Of a DNA stretch of 64,000 nt, positions 38,530 to 46,368 are shown in pieces. Location of the stretch: the NCBI GenBank assembly GCA_947462765.1, contig CANHQK010000007.1, forward strand, positions 1,438 to 65,437, read 5' to 3'. This stretch comes from Bdellovibrionales bacterium. GTDB lineage: Bacteria; Bdellovibrionota; UBA1018; CAIMNF01. How positions within the stretch are numbered: the first letter of the stretch is position 1; each line of letters opens with the position of its first letter. The notes below the pieces were generated by a model. It saw nothing but the letters and a program-made list of their open reading frames with translations. It was not told the DNA's origin and did no database searches. The position numbers were made by a program, and so were the translations under genes.

Positions 38530-39738
38530 ATGGAATTCAGACTACCCGAACTTGGTGAAGGCGTGAACGAAGGTGAGTTGGTGAAGTGGAGAGTCAAGGA
38601 AGGGGAGACCGTCCGGGACGACCAGCCACTTTGCGAAGTCATGACCGACAAAGCCACCATCGAAATCCCCTCTCCGTTTTCGGGCACCATCCGCCAACTG
38701 GTGGCAAAAGAGGGTGAGGTGGTCAAAGTCCACCAACTGATGCTCGTGGCAGAAGTGAGCGGGGCGAAAGCCGCAGCTCCTGCTGCTGCCCATGCGCCCG
38801 CGCCGGCCGCAACTCCGGCTAAGCCCGCGAATCCGGCTCCGGTCGCGCCTGTCGCATCGAGCGAGGTACTGGCTTCGCCTGCCACCCGTAAAGCAGCACG
38901 TGAGAAGGGAATCGATCTCGGACGTGTCCGGGGCACTGGTCCTCATGGCCGGGTGCTTTTGGCGGATCTGGAGCAGTCTCTCTCTGCCGCTCCGGGCTCT
39001 TCCGGCAAGTCTTTCGTCGCCGGATCTGTCGAGCGGACCCCGATCCGCGGGATGCGGAAAAAGATCTCCGAGAAAATGCGCCAATCGAAAGACAAGGCCG
39101 CGCATTTCACCTATGTTGAAGAAGCCGATGCCACCGAGCTCGTCAAGTTGCGTGCGAAGGCCAAGCTGATTGCCGAGAAAAAAGGCATCAAGCTGACCTA
39201 TCTGCCGTTCATCCTGAAGGCCATGGTTGCGGCCCTGAAGCAACATCCCCGGATCAATTCCACCGTGGATGAGGCCGCTCAGGAGATCCTGACCCACCAC
39301 ACTTACAACATCTCTCTCTCGGTGCAAACCGAGGACGGTCTTACTGTCCCGGTGATCAAGCATGTCGAGCAGAAATCGATTTTCGAGCTCGCGCGCGAAA
39401 TCGCAGAGGTGGTGGATCGTGCACGCAAGAAGAAGCTCACCATGGAGGACTTCCAAGGGAGTACGATCACCCTGACCAATGCCGGTTCGATCGGTGGACT
39501 TTTTGCGACCCCGGTGATCAATCATCCGGAAGTTGCCATTCTGGGATTTAACAAGATTTTCCGCAAACCCGTGGTAGTGAACCGGAATGGTCGTGAGCGC
39601 CTGGCCATTCGCGACTGGACTTATTTTTCGATGAGTCTCGACCATCGGATCATCGACGGGGCGGAGGCGGCCGAGTTCATGAAGACCTTCATCGAGTACA
39701 TCGAAAATCCGGGGCTTTTGCTCCTTGAAACGCTCTGA
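38530..39738 (+). CDS. Dihydrolipoamide acyltransferase (E2) of a 2-oxoacid dehydrogenase complex
   Basis: Lipoyl domain (EVMTDKATIEIPS), Ala/Pro linker, E3-binding domain, catalytic DHRIIDGAEAAEF. Confidence 0.9.
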   Translation: MEFRLPELGEGVNEGELVKWRVKEGETVRDDQPLCEVMTDKATIEIPSPFSGTIRQLVAKEGEVVKVHQLMLVAEVSGAKAAAPAAAHAPAPAATPAKPANPAPVAPVASSEVLASPATRKAAREKGIDLGRVRGTGPHGRVLLADLEQSLSAAPGSSGKSFVAGSVERTPIRGMRKKISEKMRQSKDKAAHFTYVEEADATELVKLRAKAKLIAEKKGIKLTYLPFILKAMVAALKQHPRINSTVDEAAQEILTHHTYNISLSVQTEDGLTVPVIKHVEQKSIFELAREIAEVVDRARKKKLTMEDFQGSTITLTNAGSIGGLFATPVINHPEVAILGFNKIFRKPVVVNRNGRERLAIRDWTYFSMSLDHRIIDGAEAAEFMKTFIEYIENPGLLLLETL

Positions 39739-39755
39739 TCGGTCGGGAGACAAAA

Positions 39756-41168
39756 ATGAAAAATCATGATTGTGATGTGGTGGTCATCGGTGCTGGCCCT
39801 GCGGGGTATGTTTGCGCGATCCGGCTCGCCCAGCTCGGGAAAAAGGTTGTCGTGGTGGAACGGGCCCAGGTCGGAGGGGTTTGCCTCAATGTGGGCTGTA
39901 TTCCATCGAAAGCACTCATCCATGCGGGGAGCACCTTTGACAAGATCCGACACGCCGGCTCCATGGGAATCAGCGGGACCGATGCTGCCAAGCTCGACAT
40001 GAAGCAACTTCAGGGCTGGAAGGGTGAAGTGGTCAAGAAGCTCACAGGCGGTGTGGCGCAGCTTCTGAAGGCCAACGGCTGCAATCTGGTAGCCGGCGAT
40101 GCACGCTTTCTGTCTTCTTCCGAACTTTCCGTGAAAACGCCGGAAGGTGAGGATAGAGTCCGCTTCAAACAAGCCGTCATCGCCACGGGTTCGCGTCCGG
40201 CTGAGATCCCCGGTTTCGAAGTCGACCAGAAGCTTGTGCTCGACTCCACAGGCGGATTGGCACAGGATGCGGTGCCCGAAAGCCTCCTCTGCGTGGGCGG
40301 AGGATACATCGGTTTGGAGCTTGGAACCTTCTACGCGAAGGTCGGATCGAAGGTGACCGTTGTGGAAGCGGGACCTGCACTTCTCGGAATCGTTGATCCG
40401 GATCTGGTCAGAGTGGTTCAGAAGGGGCTCGAGAAGCGCGGAGTGAAGATCCAGACCTCCACTACAGTGAAGTCTGTAAAGAAGCTCCAGAACTCGGTGG
40501 AGGTGGTGTTTGCTTCTTCTTCGGGTGAGGTGAAAGAAAAGTTCGATCGGGTGCTCGTGACCATCGGGCGCACTCCCAATACTGCCGGGTTGGCTCTGGA
40601 AAAAGCCGGGGTGAAGATGGACTCCAAAGGCTTCATTCCGGTCGATGCCCAACGCCGGACTTCAGTCCCGAATATTTATGCTATCGGAGATGTCGCGGGA
40701 CAGCCGTTGCTCGCACACAAGGGCTCAAAAGAAGGAATGGTCGCTGCCGAGGCGATCGGAGGCATGAAAACGGTGTACGACGTTCGGGCAATGCCGGCAG
40801 TGATCTTCACTGATCCGGAGATCGCAACGGTCGGACTGACCGAGGTTGAGGCCAAGGCCAAGGGAATCGCTGTGAATGTTGGAGTCTTCCCGTTCGCTGC
40901 AAACGGACGGGCCCTTTCGGTCGGGGAGCCTGACGGGATGGTCAAGCTGGTGAGCGACGCAAAGAAGGGCACCTTGCTTGGGTGTCACATCGTCGGAGCT
41001 GAAGCTTCGAATCTCATTGCTGAGGCGACTCTCGCTATCGAGATGGGTGCACATGTCGAAGATCTGGCCCTGACAGTTCACGCTCATCCCACGCTTCCTG
41101 AAACCATCATGGAAGCGGCAGAGGTTGCCCTCGGACACCCGATCCATATTTTCAAGCCCAAGAAATGA
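39756..41168 (+). CDS. lpdA: Dihydrolipoyl dehydrogenase (E3)
   Basis: FAD motif VVVIGAGPAGY, redox disulfide GGVCLNVGCIPSK. Confidence 0.9.
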   Translation: MKNHDCDVVVIGAGPAGYVCAIRLAQLGKKVVVVERAQVGGVCLNVGCIPSKALIHAGSTFDKIRHAGSMGISGTDAAKLDMKQLQGWKGEVVKKLTGGVAQLLKANGCNLVAGDARFLSSSELSVKTPEGEDRVRFKQAVIATGSRPAEIPGFEVDQKLVLDSTGGLAQDAVPESLLCVGGGYIGLELGTFYAKVGSKVTVVEAGPALLGIVDPDLVRVVQKGLEKRGVKIQTSTTVKSVKKLQNSVEVVFASSSGEVKEKFDRVLVTIGRTPNTAGLALEKAGVKMDSKGFIPVDAQRRTSVPNIYAIGDVAGQPLLAHKGSKEGMVAAEAIGGMKTVYDVRAMPAVIFTDPEIATVGLTEVEAKAKGIAVNVGVFPFAANGRALSVGEPDGMVKLVSDAKKGTLLGCHIVGAEASNLIAEATLAIEMGAHVEDLALTVHAHPTLPETIMEAAEVALGHPIHIFKPKK

Positions 41169-41869
41169 GCGGTTTTGAGGTCTTGTCCCTTCCGGGCATC
41201 CGGAAGTTCTCCGAGGTGCATCGGCTGATGCTCGATCTCGTGGATCAACGGATTCGAGGGGAGATCCAGGATACTTTCATTTTTTGCGAACACCATCCGG
41301 TGATCACCCGCGGTCGTGGTTTGCAGTGGTCTTCCGCCAGGACTGAGCGTGCCATGCCTCCGCCTCTCGTACCCGCGGGAACGGACTACCTCGAGATCGA
41401 GAGGGGTGGGGATTTGACCTGGCACGGTCCAGGGCAGCTCGTGGTGTATCCGGTCATCGCACTCGGGGGAGAGGGACGATGGGGCGCTCTACTCGGGCGC
41501 GATATTGAAAAGTACGTGAGATTCCTGGAGGAGTGGTGGATCAGGGTTTTGGCTCAGGAAGGGATTGCCGCTCGAAGGGACCCGGCAGGTAGCGGGGTTT
41601 GGTCAGGTCGTCGCAAGCTTGCGTCGGTGGGGGTCGCAGTCAGGAAGTGGGTCACCTACCACGGCCTTGCAATGAATGTGGTGAACGAACTGGCTCCGTT
41701 CCGGGATTTTTCGCCTTGCGGATTCGGGGGTGAGGTGATGTCCCGAGTCGCTGATTTTCGAGGAATCGACCCGGGGCTCACCGGTTCGGATTGGCGTCAG
41801 TCTTGGGAGTCCCGATTGATCAGGGAACTTGAGGTCTGGGACGGAACCATCGATCAGCCAACCAAGTGA
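41165..41869 (+). CDS. lipB: Lipoyl(octanoyl) transferase
   Basis: FCEHHPVITRGRG motif. Overlaps the lpdA stop. Confidence 0.85.
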   Translation: MSGFEVLSLPGIRKFSEVHRLMLDLVDQRIRGEIQDTFIFCEHHPVITRGRGLQWSSARTERAMPPPLVPAGTDYLEIERGGDLTWHGPGQLVVYPVIALGGEGRWGALLGRDIEKYVRFLEEWWIRVLAQEGIAARRDPAGSGVWSGRRKLASVGVAVRKWVTYHGLAMNVVNELAPFRDFSPCGFGGEVMSRVADFRGIDPGLTGSDWRQSWESRLIRELEVWDGTIDQPTK

Positions 41870-42419
41870 GAATTGCTCCTCCGAGGACATCCCATACATA
41901 GTGTTGCTTGGTGGTCAGGGTCGAGAGGCAAATCAGGATGGCCCAACCAAAAAAAATCAAAAAGGCCCTTGGCCGGTCCCGGAACAGTAAGGTTGAGGTC
42001 AGCACCGAGCCTACGTGTAGACTCGGAAAACAGTTCAAGGGGGAGTCCCCGGTTCTTTGGAGCTCGAAAAGAAACCGGCTGAACGGATCAAGTTCCGGTG
42101 GCAATGGGAATCGGTCTCTGGGGTAAGTGGTCGGGTAGAGAATGAAAATGAGAGCGCTGGCAAGAAGCACCGCCAGGATGGATTTCACGTAGCGGTTCAA
42201 TGCCTCAGGGTGTCGGGTAAGGACGAAAGCCGAGATCAGCAAGGGGTATTCGCTCAGATAAATCCATATCGTTTCAGGGACGAAGGGAATGATTGAGTCG
42301 ATCCGGGTCAGCGGTAATTCGACGGGAGTGAATACGGGGTAATGATTGGGAATCAGGTAGAGGGGGGCGGCCAATCCGAACAGGGATAGCCCCCAGACTG
42401 CCTTGGTCCGAGTTTGCAT
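41820..42419 (-). CDS. PAP2-family membrane phosphatase
   Basis: PAP2 motifs SLHV and KQHYVWDVLGG, multi-TM. Confidence 0.7.
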   Translation of the reverse strand: MQTRTKAVWGLSLFGLAAPLYLIPNHYPVFTPVELPLTRIDSIIPFVPETIWIYLSEYPLLISAFVLTRHPEALNRYVKSILAVLLASALIFILYPTTYPRDRFPLPPELDPFSRFLFELQRTGDSPLNCFPSLHVGSVLTSTLLFRDRPRAFLIFFGWAILICLSTLTTKQHYVWDVLGGAILTWLADRWFRPRPQVP

Positions 42420-42599
42420 GTCTCATTACCCTATGCGGTTTTTTCTCCGGTCGCGACTGAAATTCTGTCTGGATTTTGGACAGCTGTCAGGTTCCATCGG
42501 AGGTGGGAAGTCGACCGTTGCGGAGGAGTTCCCCCATCGTGCAGGCGTTTCTCGAGAGGTGTCGGGGAGTTGCTGGGGTTCTGACTGCGGTGCTCGCCT

Positions 42600-42615
42600 T
42601 GGCACATCCTCTGCA
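42600..42615 (+). promoter_or_regulatory. Sigma-54 (-24/-12) promoter candidate: TGGCAC-N5-CTGCA
   Basis: TGGCACatcctCTGCA has exact consensus GG/GC spacing. It sits 64 nt upstream of the ATG at 42679; RBS GGAGGA at 42671. Confidence 0.5.
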
Positions 42616-42678
42616 AGGTTAGGAGGCAAGCGGTACGTCGAGTGGAAGTTGAGAGAATGAGAACAGTTCGGAGGACGT

Positions 42679-42864
42679 ATGAAAATCATCACTATTTTGG
42701 CCCTTTTTACAGCATTTGCATCTCCTGCCATCGGAGGGGTGGTTTCCAGTAAGCAATCTGGAAAAGCTCACTGCACCAAGAATGAACAGGATCAGCATTT
42801 CAAGTTGGCCGCAGGGTCGGGTGCTCAAGTGACCAAAGCGACCCATTCAGGGTCAGGCCGCTGA
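42679..42864 (+). CDS. Small secreted peptide (61 aa), paralog A
   Basis: Signal peptide MKIITILALFTAFASPAIG. Mature region ...SKQSGKAHCTKNEQD...GSGR. Good RBS. Confidence 0.45.
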   Translation: MKIITILALFTAFASPAIGGVVSSKQSGKAHCTKNEQDQHFKLAAGSGAQVTKATHSGSGR

Positions 42865-43036
42865 ACGACCAATCTTTAAGACAAGTCCATTGAGGTTTGG
42901 ATCGGGAAGTCGCCTGTCAAAAGCTTAGACAGCCGTCGGCTTCCCGGCTTCCTTTTTCTGAGTCTATTCAATGCGTTGAGCTGGTTAAGTGATTGTTATC
43001 AATAAACAATTAAGTGAGCCCACTCAAAACTGTGGT

Positions 43037-43052
43037 TGGCATGCTCTCTGCA
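43037..43052 (+). promoter_or_regulatory. Sigma-54 (-24/-12) promoter candidate: TGGCAT-N5-CTGCA
   Basis: TGGCATgctctCTGCA. Same spacing and same distance to the conserved downstream motif as the 42600 element. Confidence 0.5.
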
Positions 43053-43118
43053 AACTATCCGGGTAAGCGGTACGTTGAGCGAGAACGGGGATTTCCCCAC
43101 ACCACCCTTGGAGTGAAT

Positions 43119-43298
43119 ATGAAACTCATGACTTTGATCGCACTCTTGACCGCTTTCGCATCTCCCGCTTCGGCAGCCATCGTGGCGAGCAAACAATCCG
43201 GGAAAGCGCTCTGTTCGAAGAATCTCGCAGACCGGGTTCTGGCCTCGCTTGCTCCGGCCAAGGCCCGGGCGATTCAAAATGCAGGCTCCGGCCGGTAA
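43119..43298 (+). CDS. Small secreted peptide (59 aa), paralog B
   Basis: Signal peptide MKLMTLIALLTAFASPASA. Mature region ...SKQSGKALCSKNLAD...GSGR. Start taken at the internal ATG after RBS GGAGTG. Confidence 0.45.
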   Translation: MKLMTLIALLTAFASPASAAIVASKQSGKALCSKNLADRVLASLAPAKARAIQNAGSGR

Positions 43299-43311
43299 TG
43301 GCCGGGCAGGG

Positions 43312-43602
43312 TCATTTTTTCTGCTCTGAGCGCTCGATGATCTGCCTGAGGGCTTTCTGATCTTCCGGACTGATGTCCGCATCCAACTTGTGAAGTTCCT
43401 TCATGCGGGCTTCGAAACTGGCCTTGTACTCATCAGTGAGCAGTTTTGCCTGTTTCTCCGGATGGTACACTCCGGCAACCTTCACCCATTTCTCCACGTG
43501 ACGTGAGACCGTCACTCCTTGGATCTCGATCACATGGGAGAGCACCAGAACGATCAAAGCAAAAAGCGAGTATTTGAATACAGCCGAGATCAACGAGAAC
43601 AT
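43312..43602 (-). CDS. Small membrane protein, hypothetical
   Basis: N-terminal TM helix SLFALIVLVLSHVI followed by a charged helical tail. Confidence 0.4.
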   Translation of the reverse strand: MFSLISAVFKYSLFALIVLVLSHVIEIQGVTVSRHVEKWVKVAGVYHPEKQAKLLTDEYKASFEARMKELHKLDADISPEDQKALRQIIERSEQKK

Positions 43603-43611
43603 TCAAGGACC

Positions 43612-44022
43612 TCAGGCGGCTCCGCCGGCTTCCGATGGCTGGACAGTGGAAGTCACCAGGCTCTCGTGCAAGACCCGCATCACCTCATCTGTCTGGAAGG
43701 GCTTCACCACGTAATCTTTGGCTCCTGCCTGGATGGCTTCGGTCACCAGGTTTTCCTGGGTCATGGCTGATAGAATGACGATCCGCGCCTCGGGGTCGCG
43801 CTTCAGGATCACCCGTGTGGCGTCGATGCCATTCATTTTCGGCATCACCAGATCCATGATGACCAGATCCGGACGCGTCTCGAAATAGAGGCGGACGGCA
43901 TCATCGCCGTTTTCGGCCTCGCCCACCACCCGGTAGCCACGATTCTGAAGGATCTGCTTCAGCGTCTTGCGCACATAAGGAATATCATCGGCGATCAGAA
44001 CGGTTTTGAATGCATCCTTCAT
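43612..44022 (-). CDS. Single-domain response regulator (CheY-like receiver)
   Basis: VLIADDIPYVRK...DLVIMDLVMPKMNG...KPF. Start at MKDAFK. Confidence 0.85.
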   Translation of the reverse strand: MKDAFKTVLIADDIPYVRKTLKQILQNRGYRVVGEAENGDDAVRLYFETRPDLVIMDLVMPKMNGIDATRVILKRDPEARIVILSAMTQENLVTEAIQAGAKDYVVKPFQTDEVMRVLHESLVTSTVQPSEAGGAA

Positions 44023-44050
44023 TCGGCACCCCTCATTTATCATTGTAGGC

Positions 44051-45316
44051 TCATGAGGGGATTCTTTCAATGCTGACACTCTCGATTCTCCGTCGTGTCG
44101 CATCTTTGACGGTAAAACGAAGATTTCCGGCAGGAGTCTCAAAGTACAACTCATCTCCGGGTTCCGGGATGCGGGAAAATTGACGCAATAGGAAGCCGCC
44201 CAGGGTATCGTAGTCCCCCTCGGGGATCTCCAGTTGCAGTTCCTCGTTGATCTGAGTGATGGTCGCCCTGGCCTTGATGATCCAGGAGGTCTCGGAACTG
44301 GCTCGGATCAATTTCTTCTCCAGATCGTCCTCGTCTTCGAGATCTCCGACAATCTGCTCGAAAATATCCTCACGGGTCAGGATTCCGATAGCACCCCCGT
44401 ACTCATCCACCACGACCACCAGCTGAAAATCCTCTTCGATCATCCGGTTCAGGATCTCTTCAAGCTTCTGGTTTTCTGCGACATAGATGGCCGGCTTGAT
44501 GAATCGATCGATTCTCTGCCTGAGATCGGTTTGCCTGAAAATGGTGTGCAGTTCCAGCACCCCGATGATGTTGTCAATCCGCTCATCAAAAACAGGGATC
44601 CGGGAATGCTTTTTCTCCCGGTAGAGCTCGAAGGCTTCGAGGAGAGAACTTTGTTTCTCAATCGCATCCACTTGGACCAATGGAACCAGGCCGTCTTTGG
44701 CAATTCGATCACGGAACCGCAAGATCTTCCGGATCAGCCGTTTTTCATTCGACTTGATCTGGGTATCCCCCGAGTCCGAGGTGAGGAGTCCATGCAACTC
44801 GTCTTTCACGCTTTGCTTTTTCCCACTCCAGACCAGCTCCATGGGAGTGACGATCCGTGTGATCTGGGAAGTATAGAGCGTCATCAAGCGGATCAAGGGC
44901 GAAAGGATCTTCTGGGTGAGGAAAATCGGATAGGCTACTTTCGGAACGAGGATGTCCGCAAAACGCCGGTACATGAACTTGGGGATCAACTCTCCGAATA
45001 TGATCACAAGCAGGGAGCCGATCGCAGCTGCGTAGGCTTCACCGTGTTCGCCCATGAGTCTTCGGAACTCCAGCGTGAGGACGACAGAGGTGCCCATCAC
45101 GCAAGTGCTGGTCATAAGCAGGGTTGATGAGAGAATCCGATCCGGAGACTTGAGCAGTCGGAGGGCCAATTGTGCCCCCTTGTTTCCTTGCTTGCCTTTC
45201 CTTTTCAGTGCGAGCTTGTCTATCGAGAGAAGCGCCAGTTCGCTTCCTGAGTAAAATCCCTCGATCAGGATGAACATCAAAACGAGGGCAATGGTCGCGG
45301 GCGATAGTGCGATCAT
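44051..45316 (-). CDS. CNNM/CorC-HlyC family transporter (DUF21 + CBS pair + CorC_HlyC)
   Basis: N-terminal 4-TM DUF21, CBS pair, C-terminal CorC/HlyC domain. Confidence 0.85.
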   Translation of the reverse strand: MIALSPATIALVLMFILIEGFYSGSELALLSIDKLALKRKGKQGNKGAQLALRLLKSPDRILSSTLLMTSTCVMGTSVVLTLEFRRLMGEHGEAYAAAIGSLLVIIFGELIPKFMYRRFADILVPKVAYPIFLTQKILSPLIRLMTLYTSQITRIVTPMELVWSGKKQSVKDELHGLLTSDSGDTQIKSNEKRLIRKILRFRDRIAKDGLVPLVQVDAIEKQSSLLEAFELYREKKHSRIPVFDERIDNIIGVLELHTIFRQTDLRQRIDRFIKPAIYVAENQKLEEILNRMIEEDFQLVVVVDEYGGAIGILTREDIFEQIVGDLEDEDDLEKKLIRASSETSWIIKARATITQINEELQLEIPEGDYDTLGGFLLRQFSRIPEPGDELYFETPAGNLRFTVKDATRRRIESVSIERIPS

Positions 45317-46290
45317 TCCTCGAAGGCCTCCTCAATCAGAGTGTCGAGAATATCCTGGAGTGTGATCATGCCCGCGATCTTGCCATTCGCCCCGCGGGTG
45401 AAGGCCACCTGGATTTTCTTTGACTTCATTTTCCTGAAGAGCGCATCAATGGTGAGAGTCCCGGCCACCGTAAGGGGTTCATTGGCAAGTGTCATCACGT
45501 TCTCGCTCCGCATTTCAGGACGGACTTTGAGTTCGGCGAGATCTTTGGAGTTGATGACCCCGATAATGTCGTCTTTGGATTTGTCGTAGATGGGGATTCT
45601 CGAGTAGATCCTGTCTTTCAGGATGGTCATGGACGCTTGCTCGAGTGTGGCGCTCGACGGAACCGTGATGATCTTCCTGATTGGTGTTGCCAATTGCTCG
45701 ACGCGTGTGTCGTCCATTTCGAATACATTTTTAATCAGTTCGAGTTCGGTCTCGTGCAAATGACCGGTCTCGGCCTGTTCTTCGGCAATCACGATGAAGT
45801 CTTCCTCGTGCAATTGATGGAGTTCCTTGACCGGAGTAGCCGGGATGAAGAATCGGATGATTGCAACTACCGGGCGCATGAGGAGGTAGAGGGGATATAC
45901 GAGGGGAAGAAAGGTGGAAATGATCATCTGGTTCGCCTTGCTGGCGATCACTTTCGGGGTCAATTCACAAGCGATCAGCATGACCGGAGTCGTAATCAGG
46001 ATCCCGAGAAGCGTACTCATCTTCCAGTCGAGCTTCATCGGTTCCACAATCCGAGTGGTCAGAATGGTGGCAAGGGAGATGTTGACGATCTCGTTGAATA
46101 GCAAAATCGTGATCAGGAGTCCCATGGAGTCCTGGATCAGCGTCCGGATCCGCCGGAAGAGGGGTTCGGATTCGTCTTTGATCCGTTTGAGCTGGACGCG
46201 CGAAAGTGAAAAGAGTGCGATCTCACTCGAGGAGAGCACAAAGGAGCAACTGACCAAGAAAAAGCAAATGAGAGTGCTGGAAAGCGTCAT
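45313..46290 (-). CDS. CNNM family protein (DUF21 + CBS pair)
   Basis: Paralog of the adjacent gene but lacking the C-terminal CorC_HlyC domain. Stop/start overlap suggests an operon. Confidence 0.8.
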   Translation of the reverse strand: MTLSSTLICFFLVSCSFVLSSSEIALFSLSRVQLKRIKDESEPLFRRIRTLIQDSMGLLITILLFNEIVNISLATILTTRIVEPMKLDWKMSTLLGILITTPVMLIACELTPKVIASKANQMIISTFLPLVYPLYLLMRPVVAIIRFFIPATPVKELHQLHEEDFIVIAEEQAETGHLHETELELIKNVFEMDDTRVEQLATPIRKIITVPSSATLEQASMTILKDRIYSRIPIYDKSKDDIIGVINSKDLAELKVRPEMRSENVMTLANEPLTVAGTLTIDALFRKMKSKKIQVAFTRGANGKIAGMITLQDILDTLIEEAFEE

Positions 46291-46314
46291 GTTCCGGTTT
46301 TGTCATGAGGAAAG

Positions 46315-46339
46315 CCCGGGTCAATACGATTGACCCGGG
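46315..46339 (-). terminator. Hairpin downstream of lon (11-bp perfect stem CCCGGGTCAAT / ATTGACCCGGG, 3-nt loop)
   Basis: Located 30 nt after the lon stop on the minus strand. Followed by CUUUCCU rather than a clean U-run. Confidence 0.45.
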
Positions 46340-46368
46340 CTCCCTGGATTGAGTACAACCTGCCGGTT

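Noticed and set aside
38542-40652. Two long minus-strand ORFs (403 and 343 aa) across E2 and lpdA
   Set aside because: Antisense to strongly supported lipoyl-E2 and E3 genes, with no domain content.
43283-43321. CCGGCC-GGTAAT-GGCCGG hairpin plus T6 as terminator of peptide gene B
   Set aside because: The stem includes the stop codon, and the T-run is 9 nt away and inside the convergent gene's 3' end. It is too weak to list as a feature.
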